Shown here piece by piece: positions 30,174-38,818 of a stretch of 64,000 nucleotides of DNA. Position 1 is the first letter of the stretch, and each line of letters begins with the position of its first letter. A program made the position numbers and the translations under genes. Source of the DNA: an uncultured Desulfurococcales archaeon (GTDB lineage: Archaea > Thermoproteota > Thermoprotei_A > EX4484-217-1); assembly GCA_964406965.1 (NCBI GenBank), contig CAYOTT010000005.1, forward strand, positions 54,878-118,877, in the 5' to 3' direction. The notes under the pieces were generated by a model. That model did no database searches and was not told the DNA's origin. It worked only from the letters and a program-made list of their open reading frames with translations.

Positions 30174-30608
30174 GTGAAGAGAAAAGCTATTTCACCCGTA
30201 ATAGCAACACTACTGCTGATACTAATAGCAATAGCGGCAAGTATACTGGTATACGTATGGGTAACAGGTTATGCTTCTTCGGTGACAGGTGCTGAAACAA
30301 TACAGTTGCAGGAAAGAGTAAAGATAGATGCTGTAAGTGTACCTGATGGATCAGCTAGTAAAAATGTAACAATATATGTAAGAAATATTGGTAATGTTGA
30401 AATAAATGTCACCAGTGCCTATATAATAGACTCCGTTACATCAGAAGTTATGGGATACAACAGTACAAGCCTTAAACTAACCCCGGGAGAAGTAAAGGCA
30501 CTTAACGTAACATTAACAAGTGGTTTAACTTCAGGGAGAACATACGTAGCGAAAGTAGTAACTAAAAATGGCGTTGAAGCAACCTACTCCTTTGTCTATA
30601 GAAAATAG
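30174..30608 (+). CDS. Archaeal type IV pilin
   Basis: Class III signal peptide KRKA/ISPVIATLLLI, YVRNIG motif, several N-x-T sequons. Confidence 0.9.
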   Translation: MKRKAISPVIATLLLILIAIAASILVYVWVTGYASSVTGAETIQLQERVKIDAVSVPDGSASKNVTIYVRNIGNVEINVTSAYIIDSVTSEVMGYNSTSLKLTPGEVKALNVTLTSGLTSGRTYVAKVVTKNGVEATYSFVYRK

Positions 30609-30663
30609 TTAGTGAAGATTAATAATTTTTTAAACTTATATTTAAAATTTTTATTAGCTGATT

Positions 30664-32004
30664 TTATGTTAAATTTAAGCTAAGCTTGTTTTGCAAGAAT
30701 ATTGACATTATTTCCTCTAATGTTGGATTACTTAATTCTTTTAGATGATAACTTACTTTTACGAAGGGCTTACTTAAGCTTATGATTTTATGTAGTTTTA
30801 TTGGTGTAGCTAGAATTATTGTTTCCGCCGGAACTTTTTTTAATGTTTCCTCTAAATCTTTTAGTTGTTTTTTGTTATAACCTATTGTTGGTATTACCTC
30901 TCTTAAATGCGAATATTTTGCGTAAACCTCCCTTAAAATACCTACCGTGTATGGTTTTGGGTTAACTATTTTTGCACCTAACTGCTTCGCCGCTATATAT
31001 CCTGCTCCAAAACCCAGTCCCCCATGGGTCACTGTTGGTCCATCCTCTATTATTACGACTCTCCTTCCTTTCACAAGTTCGGGTTTATCTACAGAAATTT
31101 CGGAGGATGCTTTGATTATTGTTGCTTTAGGATTGACTATCTTAACGTTATACACTATTTTTTCTACATTTTCTTTAGGTGCTACGTTTACTTTATTTAT
31201 TATTACTATGTCGGCCATTCTAACATTTATTTCTCCAGGATAGGTTCCTACTTCTTGTCCTGGTCTTAAAGCGTCTGCTACAACAATGTGCAAGTTTGGT
31301 TTAAAGAATGGTATGTCATTGTTTCCTCCATCCCAAAGTATGATGTCTGCTTCTTTTTCGGCTTCCCTTAAAACTTCTTCATAATCTATTCCTGCGTAAA
31401 CAGTTACTCCCATGTCTATGTAGTGTTCATATTCCTCCCTTTCCTCAATGGTGCATCCGTAGTAATCTAAATCCTCATATGTTCTAAATTTTTGAATTCT
31501 CTGTTTGAGAAAATCTCCGTAAGCCATCGGGTGCCTTACTACAGCTACATTAACGCCCTTTTCCTTAAGTATTTTAACTATTTTCCTACTTACCGTACTT
31601 TTACCTGACCCTGTTCTAACAGCGGTAACCGCTATTACAGGTTTAGATGTTTTCAGCATTGTTGATTCAGGTCCAAGAAGCCAAAAGTCTGCACCTGCTG
31701 CTAACACTTCAGAAAATTTATGTCCAACGTCTTCATGTGTTAAATCACTATATGATAGAACAACAACGTCTACCTTATAGTCTCTAATTAGCTTTGCTAG
31801 CATTGATTCAGGATATATTGGTATACCTTCCGGGTATAGGGGTCCAGCTAGCTCTGGAGGATACTTTCTATTTTCAATCCCGGGAATTTGCGATGCCGTA
31901 AAAGCAATTACTTCATAGCCAGGATTGTTTCTAAAGAATACGTTAAAATTATGGAAATCTCTTCCGCCAGCACCCATTATTATAACTTTTTTCCGTTTAG
32001 CCAT
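30664..32004 (-). CDS. COG2403 P-loop protein (cDPG-synthetase-like; likely arginine synthetase ArcE)
   Basis: MGAGGRDFHNFN, AVRTGSGKS, RHPM, CTIEEREEYE, WDGGNND, EDGPTVTHGG. Confidence 0.8.
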   Translation of the reverse strand: MAKRKKVIIMGAGGRDFHNFNVFFRNNPGYEVIAFTASQIPGIENRKYPPELAGPLYPEGIPIYPESMLAKLIRDYKVDVVVLSYSDLTHEDVGHKFSEVLAAGADFWLLGPESTMLKTSKPVIAVTAVRTGSGKSTVSRKIVKILKEKGVNVAVVRHPMAYGDFLKQRIQKFRTYEDLDYYGCTIEEREEYEHYIDMGVTVYAGIDYEEVLREAEKEADIILWDGGNNDIPFFKPNLHIVVADALRPGQEVGTYPGEINVRMADIVIINKVNVAPKENVEKIVYNVKIVNPKATIIKASSEISVDKPELVKGRRVVIIEDGPTVTHGGLGFGAGYIAAKQLGAKIVNPKPYTVGILREVYAKYSHLREVIPTIGYNKKQLKDLEETLKKVPAETIILATPIKLHKIISLSKPFVKVSYHLKELSNPTLEEIMSIFLQNKLSLNLT

Positions 32005-32224
32005 GCATATAACCGCTTACGCATTAAGAAAATAATTTACTATATTTTTTATGTTGAAAAAATTCCGTTCAAAAGAAAAATTACAGAATATTTTTCACAA
32101 AAAGAAAGGTGCTACATTAAATATTTTTTCATTGAAGCATTTGACAGCATAAGTCACATGAGCTATTATGAACCATGGACTTACCATTTAATTGAACTAT
32201 TAAAAATTTTACAATGGAAAATGT

Positions 32225-33310
32225 TTAAACAGCCTCCTTCAAGTACTTACCGTACTCGCCGCTCTCCTCTCCTCCAATATCCGGCATTTTCCATCCACTA
32301 GGACATCCTTTTCCAAATCTTATAGGTTTCTTAAGCCTACTGAGCAATACTACTCTACTAGGTATGCTTTCCGAAACTATAGGGTAAGATGATTCCTCAG
32401 CTACTTTTTTAGCAAACTCCCTTACTTCAGCATGTGACGGCATAGCTTCTCTTGGAAGTCTTTTAGTAGAGGCACCAATATGCATATACGCTTTCACTTC
32501 AACATATGTTGGCTGAGCTAATTCTATTAGCTTAGCAAACCCTTTAGCATCTTTATCACTCATGTTTATTCCCTTCATAACAGTTATTCTCATAACTGTA
32601 GGACATGTAAAACTTGGTAGTATTTCGAGAGATTTTAAAGAAAGCTCCCAAGCCCTAGGAGCTAACGGCACATTTAACTTCTGATACATTTCCTTATTCC
32701 AAGCTTCAAATGAAACATATAATTGACTAGGCTCCTCCTCGAGATTAGCTAAAATATCAGGCCTAATAGCTCTAGTTACGACGAAAGTAGTTAGCCCCCT
32801 ACGGTGAAATTCCTGAATAAGCTCTCCAAGTCTAGGATATAGGAGAGGTTCTCCAGTAAGGCTTATTGCTACATGTTTTGGTTCATATGCTTCGTTAAGT
32901 AATTTCTTATTGGCTTTGGGATTACCTTTATATCCTGAGAGAATCCTATACCACTCTCTAAATATTCCTTCAACTATTTCTTCAGGCTCATCTATTACTG
33001 GAAGCCTTGTTTCATCCCATTCTATACCTACATCTTGCGGTCTAAATCTCCAACAGTGAATACATGCATTCCAACACCATAAAATAGCCGGAGACATTTG
33101 AATACATCTATGGCTTTCGATACCATAGAACTTACATTTGTAGCAAAACCTGTTTTCTAGAAGCGCCGCTTTAGACCAATGGCAGATCTTTACGGCGCTA
33201 TGATGCCCAACTATATGGTACTTTTGCTTTCTAAGTATAGCGAAAAGTGCCTTATAGGGATCCTTTTTGGCCTCCTCATAGTTTATCTGAATCCTTTTTC
33301 TTCTAACCAT
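32225..33310 (-). CDS. taw1: 4-demethylwyosine synthase TYW1/Taw1
   Basis: HSAVKICHW, CYKCKFYGIESHRC, CWNACIHCWR, AISLTGEP, EVKAYM. Confidence 0.95.
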   Translation of the reverse strand: MVRRKRIQINYEEAKKDPYKALFAILRKQKYHIVGHHSAVKICHWSKAALLENRFCYKCKFYGIESHRCIQMSPAILWCWNACIHCWRFRPQDVGIEWDETRLPVIDEPEEIVEGIFREWYRILSGYKGNPKANKKLLNEAYEPKHVAISLTGEPLLYPRLGELIQEFHRRGLTTFVVTRAIRPDILANLEEEPSQLYVSFEAWNKEMYQKLNVPLAPRAWELSLKSLEILPSFTCPTVMRITVMKGINMSDKDAKGFAKLIELAQPTYVEVKAYMHIGASTKRLPREAMPSHAEVREFAKKVAEESSYPIVSESIPSRVVLLSRLKKPIRFGKGCPSGWKMPDIGGEESGEYGKYLKEAV

Positions 33311-33507
33311 AGCATATCACTTCCTTCTTCACTTACACTTGATACCTACATGTACGAAAATATATATTATTTAGTTGAATAATGTTGAAAAACGTAAAGG
33401 CATCATTTAAACAATGTTTAACTAGGTAACGTACATTACATTGCAAATATTATTATTTACGTTGAGGCATGTGCTTTATAAGGCACCTTCTTAACTAATT
33501 AGTTTAG

Positions 33508-33573
33508 ATCATGATGATAGGCGGGCTTACCCGACGTGTAATGGTATGTGAGGAGCGCGGTCGTAACTGAAGC
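33508..33573 (+). ncRNA. Box C/D methylation-guide sRNA with two guides, predicted to target 16S rRNA
   Basis: Box C ATGATGA 33511-33517, guide TAGGCGGGCTTAC, D' CCGA 33531-33534, C' GTGAGGA 33548-33554, guide GCGCGGTCGTAA, D CTGA 33567-33570; GC-rich island in AT-rich intergenic DNA. Confidence 0.88.
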
Positions 33574-34344
33574 TTAGCTACCATAAATTATCCATTCTTT
33601 CTCTTCACCTTTCTCTACAAGAGAAACCTTCCTATTACTTATGGAAAATATTACGCCCTCAAGAAATCCTTTTAAAAGAAATCCGTCTATTAAAACATTT
33701 TTTATTTTGAAAGTAACATCTCCTGTTTCAACATTAAACCTTACTATATCATAATCTTTTATCCACCCAAATGCTTTAAGAGATTCGAAAGCGAAATGCA
33801 TGAACAGTAAGTTATTGTTAAGATGCTTTAAAAGCTCTTTCCATAGTGTTACAAACTTTTTTCCATACTCAAACCCCATGAAGTACAAGAAAACATCTTT
33901 TGCTTTACCAAACCTCTGAGTTAAACCGTCAAGTATCATATCCCATGTTGACTTAGTGAACATTATTATTGGTTCGAAATGTATTTCAATAGAATAATTG
34001 AAGTCTGGTGTTACAACACTACCTATCCCCCTATGTCCCACGTGAACTTCTACGACATCACTCATTTGACTGATAAGGTTCTTTAATTCCCTCTCATCAA
34101 TACTGGAGTTTGTTAAATCAGCTAAAAAAACCCATGAACCAACTTCTTCGCCTATTTCTACACTGTGTATTCCTGTTAATATCTTTATACCGTGCTTCCT
34201 CAACATATTAGATATTTTGTAGAGAACATCTACTCCAAATCTAAGCCTTAATCCAATAAACGTTAATTTTCTTCTTTCCCTATTCATTACAGTCCTGGGA
34301 ATTCGAACTTTTATTTCAGGTCTTCTTCTAGATTGCGGATTCAA
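33574..34344 (-). CDS. ACT-domain plus V4R-like protein
   Basis: ACT-like GVDVLYKISNMLRKHGIKILTG; C-terminal LYFMGFEYGK...AFGW...LKGFLEG resembles V4R. Confidence 0.6.
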   Translation of the reverse strand: MNPQSRRRPEIKVRIPRTVMNRERRKLTFIGLRLRFGVDVLYKISNMLRKHGIKILTGIHSVEIGEEVGSWVFLADLTNSSIDERELKNLISQMSDVVEVHVGHRGIGSVVTPDFNYSIEIHFEPIIMFTKSTWDMILDGLTQRFGKAKDVFLYFMGFEYGKKFVTLWKELLKHLNNNLLFMHFAFESLKAFGWIKDYDIVRFNVETGDVTFKIKNVLIDGFLLKGFLEGVIFSISNRKVSLVEKGEEKEWIIYGS

Positions 34345-34435
34345 ACTTTAAACACCTAACATTTAATCATTATCCGTTACTTTAGAGATAAACGTTATCT
34401 CAATATTGTAAATTATATTAAATTATATTAATAGA

Positions 34436-35425
34436 TTATTTAGGCTTCTCTTTCATTAGCGTAAATGGATTAATAGGGCAAGCTACATAATTGCACATAG
34501 CATGTCTTGAAACCCAGAATTGGTAGAAAATAAGCCACCAAACACCATAGCTTCCAATAATCTTAGCCATGTTTAACAGATTACCTGTTAAGTATGATGA
34601 ATAAATGTCGGTAACCATTATTGCGAGAGCTACTGCCCAAACTGGTGCTTCTTGAAGAACAGCTTTTGCTTTGTACTTAAGTAATTTTAGCCCCATATAT
34701 CCAAAACCTAAAGCCCAAGCTGCTACCGCTAAATGTAGTGGTAGATTACTAACGTAATATTTTATTTGAGCTATTGAAATTACTAATAAAGCAGCTAGTA
34801 GCGGAATCATATGTAGCGCATATCTCATAATGTTCCTATAGTATTGTATAATGGCATATGTTGTTGGTAATTCTCCAGAAGTATAGTCATCAAGTCTATA
34901 CATGGCTAATGAAGCTCTATATACGAATCCCACTAGCAATAAGCCTATTAACCACACTAATGTTGGATAGTTTGTAACGGAAAAATACCCCACACTATAA
35001 CTTAGCATGAAACCGAAGACTGCGTAAAATTCATTATGGCTCTCTACATAAAGTTTCGCAGCCCTAATTGCAGCAACGCCTAAAAGTAGAAGCCACCATC
35101 TCTGAGTAAACACTATTATTATCGCTAATGTTGCAGCTAAAATTATCGACATTCGAGACATTTTCTTAGCCTGTTTTTCCGAAACACTTACTTCGCTTCT
35201 AAAAGCTGAAAAACCTCCTTTATCATGTATTACATCTAGCGAGTGCTGGTAAAGCCCTTGAATTATGAGCATTCCGAAAATTCCAGCTATGAAAGCTACC
35301 CATGTGTTTAATGACAGATCACCTAGCTTAGAAAAATACGCTAAGGAGAAGCCTAAGATAGCGGGATACCATGATGTTCTAACTATGACGTCAAGATAAA
35401 TTAGTTTAGCTAAACTCTTGATCAT
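34436..35425 (-). CDS. Polytopic membrane protein, possibly a divergent UbiA/MenA-like prenyltransferase
   Basis: About 9 TM helices; Asp-containing loops QHSLDVIHDKG and YRLDDY. Confidence 0.45.
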   Translation of the reverse strand: MIKSLAKLIYLDVIVRTSWYPAILGFSLAYFSKLGDLSLNTWVAFIAGIFGMLIIQGLYQHSLDVIHDKGGFSAFRSEVSVSEKQAKKMSRMSIILAATLAIIIVFTQRWWLLLLGVAAIRAAKLYVESHNEFYAVFGFMLSYSVGYFSVTNYPTLVWLIGLLLVGFVYRASLAMYRLDDYTSGELPTTYAIIQYYRNIMRYALHMIPLLAALLVISIAQIKYYVSNLPLHLAVAAWALGFGYMGLKLLKYKAKAVLQEAPVWAVALAIMVTDIYSSYLTGNLLNMAKIIGSYGVWWLIFYQFWVSRHAMCNYVACPINPFTLMKEKPK

Positions 35426-35544
35426 AAGATAATCACCAAAATGATAATAATTGCTAACACTAAGTAGTATAGGAAAGCTGTAAGAGTGTTTGGTTCAACA
35501 AAGCCATATCTTTTAGCTCTACGTAACTTCTTTTCGGACATTGC

Positions 35545-36036
35545 TTAGTGTTCCTCTATTCCAAATATCTTCTTTAAAAGAAACCTTCTTGAAATAATGG
35601 CTTTAGGTTTACCTTCATCATCAACAATTACTACATGAGATATCCTATACTTACTCATTAAATCTATGGCGTCACGTACTTTTGCCGAATCTTTTAATGA
35701 TATAGGGTTTCTCGTCATAATTTCCCTAATAGTTATCTTATCAAGCCTTGGACGTTTAGGAATAGCTAAAAGTCTTAGCCTATATGGAAGCTCTAAACGA
35801 AGAATTTTAAGTAAATCAAGCTTAGTAACTATCCCAACAATTTTACCTTTCCTTCCAACAACTACTGCTGCATCAGCTTTTTGCCTCTTAGCAGCATCTA
35901 TGAATATTTCAACAGGCATGTCTTCTTCAACAGCAATTAAAGGCTGCAATTCCTCTATGTGCTCCCTTAATGTTGACTCAAGAATCTTCTCTATTTCCTC
36001 ACGTTTAACTATGAAGAATGACAAATCGTATCCCAT
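35545..36036 (-). CDS. CBS-pair protein
   Basis: IVGIVTKLDLL, IREIMTRNPI, ISHVVIVD. Confidence 0.88.
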   Translation of the reverse strand: MGYDLSFFIVKREEIEKILESTLREHIEELQPLIAVEEDMPVEIFIDAAKRQKADAAVVVGRKGKIVGIVTKLDLLKILRLELPYRLRLLAIPKRPRLDKITIREIMTRNPISLKDSAKVRDAIDLMSKYRISHVVIVDDEGKPKAIISRRFLLKKIFGIEEH

Positions 36037-36098
36037 ATTTTAAAGTTTTTCACCAGTAATTAGTATATTCCCTGAGACCATATATAATATTTCTTAGG

Positions 36099-37277
36099 CT
36101 ATCTTGAAGATTTCAACTTATACTTAAAAACCCTCTTTAAAAGAACAGGAGTACTTAATGAAGTAGCGTAAATTAAAAGTAAAGTGCCAAAGTATAGTTC
36201 TTGCGTTATAGCTCCCATAGTTAAGCCGGTAACGGCTATTACCAAGTCAACACCAGCTCTAGGTATCATACCGATGCCTATGGCTAAAGCCTCCTTCCAT
36301 GTCATGCCTGAAAGTTTTGCCGCTAAGCCGCAGCCCACTATTTTCCCTATAACTCCTAAAGCTACAATAGTTAACCCTATTGTTATAATTCTATAAAGAC
36401 CATTTGATTCCAGAACACTCCATGGATTTAGGAGAATTCCCGCGTAAACGAAGAATAAAGGTGTTATTATAGCTGATAAAAATTCTAATCTATCTCTTAT
36501 AGCACTTGAACCTGGAAGCTCAGATAAAGCTAAACCTATGAAGAAAGCACCAACTAATGGTGAAAGTCTAAAGAAGGCTGAAAGCGTTGCTATAGATAAA
36601 CCCATAATAAATACTGTTGTAAAAGCTGACTCGTGAACTCTAAGTTCTTTAAGGAAATGCCCTATTTCCCAGGAAAATCTATGAGCCATGAAAGCTATTA
36701 GGAAAATAATTAATAAGCCTATAATAATCGGATATAATCCTTCAGCACTTATTTTGTTTTCTAAAACCATAGAGTAAACTAGTGCTAAAACAATTATTCC
36801 ATATATGTCATCGGCTACTGCCGCACCCAAAATAACATGTCCTTCCTTAGTGTGTAAAATGTCAAGTTCCATAAGTGTTCTAACAGTAACTCCAACAGAT
36901 GTAGGAGTTAAAATAGCGCCTAAAAACAGCATGGCTTTAATATCGTAGCCAGCAATGTAAGCATAAGAAAATCCAAGCATAAAACATGCTATTACACCTC
37001 CTAGAGCAACTAAAAGCACTTGAAACCCATACTTTTTAAACTCTGAAATACTGCTTTCAATACCTGCGAGAAAAAGTAAAATAACTATTCCAACCCATGC
37101 TAGAGACTCTATATTTTCTGTCGTCGAAACAAGACTTAAAACTGTTGGACCAACCAAAATTCCTGCAAGAAGGTCTCCGAGAATTGTTGGCTGCCTTAAA
37201 CGGGCCATAATTTCCTCTAATCCCTTTGCCACTAACAGTACTATGGTTATATCGAAAAGTATTAAGGCCTCCCTCAT
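36099..37277 (-). CDS. CPA2 cation:proton antiporter (NapA-like)
   Basis: GDLLAGILVGP, TPTSVGVT, AAVADD, GAFFIG, GMIPRAG. Confidence 0.92.
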   Translation of the reverse strand: MREALILFDITIVLLVAKGLEEIMARLRQPTILGDLLAGILVGPTVLSLVSTTENIESLAWVGIVILLFLAGIESSISEFKKYGFQVLLVALGGVIACFMLGFSYAYIAGYDIKAMLFLGAILTPTSVGVTVRTLMELDILHTKEGHVILGAAVADDIYGIIVLALVYSMVLENKISAEGLYPIIIGLLIIFLIAFMAHRFSWEIGHFLKELRVHESAFTTVFIMGLSIATLSAFFRLSPLVGAFFIGLALSELPGSSAIRDRLEFLSAIITPLFFVYAGILLNPWSVLESNGLYRIITIGLTIVALGVIGKIVGCGLAAKLSGMTWKEALAIGIGMIPRAGVDLVIAVTGLTMGAITQELYFGTLLLIYATSLSTPVLLKRVFKYKLKSSR

Positions 37278-37410
37278 CTACTATACACCACATCTCTCAA
37301 AATACTTTTTAAACAGAAAATAGGAACATATACGGGTTACTGTAGGGCTTGCATAAACTATAAGGAACCAAGAATTTTCCAGTTCGAAATAACACGTAAA
37401 AATATGAACT

Positions 37411-38586
37411 TCATTCACCCGTTTTTACACTATAAAGATATTTTAATAGTACTGGTGTAAATATTGAAGAAGCATATATTAGAAGCATTGTTCCAAAGAG
37501 GGTTTCTTGACTCACAATGTTTAATGCTATTCCGGTAAAGGCTATTATTGAAGCAACCTCGGCTCTAGGAACCATGCCGACACCTACTATGAGGGCTTCA
37601 CGCCATGAGAAATGAAACATTTTCGCGGTGAATGCGCATCCTATTATTTTTGAGACGAAGCCTATTATAATAAATGTTAATATGTAAGAGAGCGTAATGA
37701 AGCTAAACGTTATTTCTTTAATACTCAATGTTAACCCTACTAGTGCAAAGTAGACCGGCGACATTAAAGCAGTAAGTGCTGAAAGTTTTTCCCTAAAAAC
37801 ATCTATTCCAGGCATTCTAGAAAATGCTAAACCCATGAAAAATGCGCCAACAACAGGGTTCAAATTCATGAAGCCTACGCCTATAGCAACAAAGAGTCCG
37901 TAAATGAAGGTGGTTACGAAGAATGCTTCTTCGGTTTTAAGCTCCCTTATTAGAAATCCTATTTTTGCAGCATGTTTCTCAGTAAAATAATATATCATAA
38001 TTAGTATGCCTAAACCAATGAATGCCGTAGCAACAGTGAAAAACCCTGCTAAACCCTTCCCTCCCACAGCTATTGCATAAATTATTGCCAATACTAGTAA
38101 GCCATAAATATCATCAAAGACGGCTGCACCTACTATTACATAGGCTTCCTTAGTTCCATAGGCGTGAAGCTCCATAAGTGTTTTAATTGTAACACCAACA
38201 GACGTGGCTACGAGAATAGCTCCTATGAATAGCGATTCATTAATAGTATAATGGTAAATTAGCCCTAAAGTGAAACCTGAAATAAAGCTTATAACTACAC
38301 CGCCTAAACCAACTATTGCTCCCATGAGACCGTATCTCTTCATTTTCTTAATGTCAGTTTCGGAACCTGCAAGGAAAAGTAAAGACACTAAACCCAATGT
38401 TGCAATTATTTTAATGGATTCTGTAGGGCTAATTAAGCCTAGTATTGAAGGTCCCAAAATTATTCCTGCAAGAAAATCTCCTAAAACAGGAACTTGACCG
38501 TACTTAGCTAGGATCTCTTCGAAAACTTTAGCTAAAGCAATTATTAACACAATGTTAAACAGTATCATGAGAACTTCAGATTCCAC
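37411..38586 (-). CDS. CPA2 cation:proton antiporter (NapA-like)
   Basis: GDFLAGIILGP, ATSVGVT, AAVFDD, GMVPRAEV. Confidence 0.92.
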   Translation of the reverse strand: MESEVLMILFNIVLIIALAKVFEEILAKYGQVPVLGDFLAGIILGPSILGLISPTESIKIIATLGLVSLLFLAGSETDIKKMKRYGLMGAIVGLGGVVISFISGFTLGLIYHYTINESLFIGAILVATSVGVTIKTLMELHAYGTKEAYVIVGAAVFDDIYGLLVLAIIYAIAVGGKGLAGFFTVATAFIGLGILIMIYYFTEKHAAKIGFLIRELKTEEAFFVTTFIYGLFVAIGVGFMNLNPVVGAFFMGLAFSRMPGIDVFREKLSALTALMSPVYFALVGLTLSIKEITFSFITLSYILTFIIIGFVSKIIGCAFTAKMFHFSWREALIVGVGMVPRAEVASIIAFTGIALNIVSQETLFGTMLLIYASSIFTPVLLKYLYSVKTGE

Positions 38587-38818
38587 AACTACATCACCTA
38601 AATTACACTGAAGTATCAGTAAAATTGTGTTAAATTACTTATGCTTTCCGGTTAATGGGGGTTTCAGTAAAAGACACTTTGACTTCATCAGATACCTGTT
38701 TCTCTTTAAAGAAGCGGTATTTAGAAATTCTCTCAATGAAACTGGCCGGTATTGAATTCGTTCTTTACTCATTAAATTTAAAATTGTATTGTGCTAAGAA
38801 GAAAGCTTGGTATTTAAG

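Noticed and set aside
38648..38749. Active canonical hammerhead ribozyme, or a fluoride or c-di-AMP riboswitch
   Set aside because: No properly placed NUH or stem III partner, and the riboswitch consensus elements are incomplete; kept only as a structured-RNA candidate.
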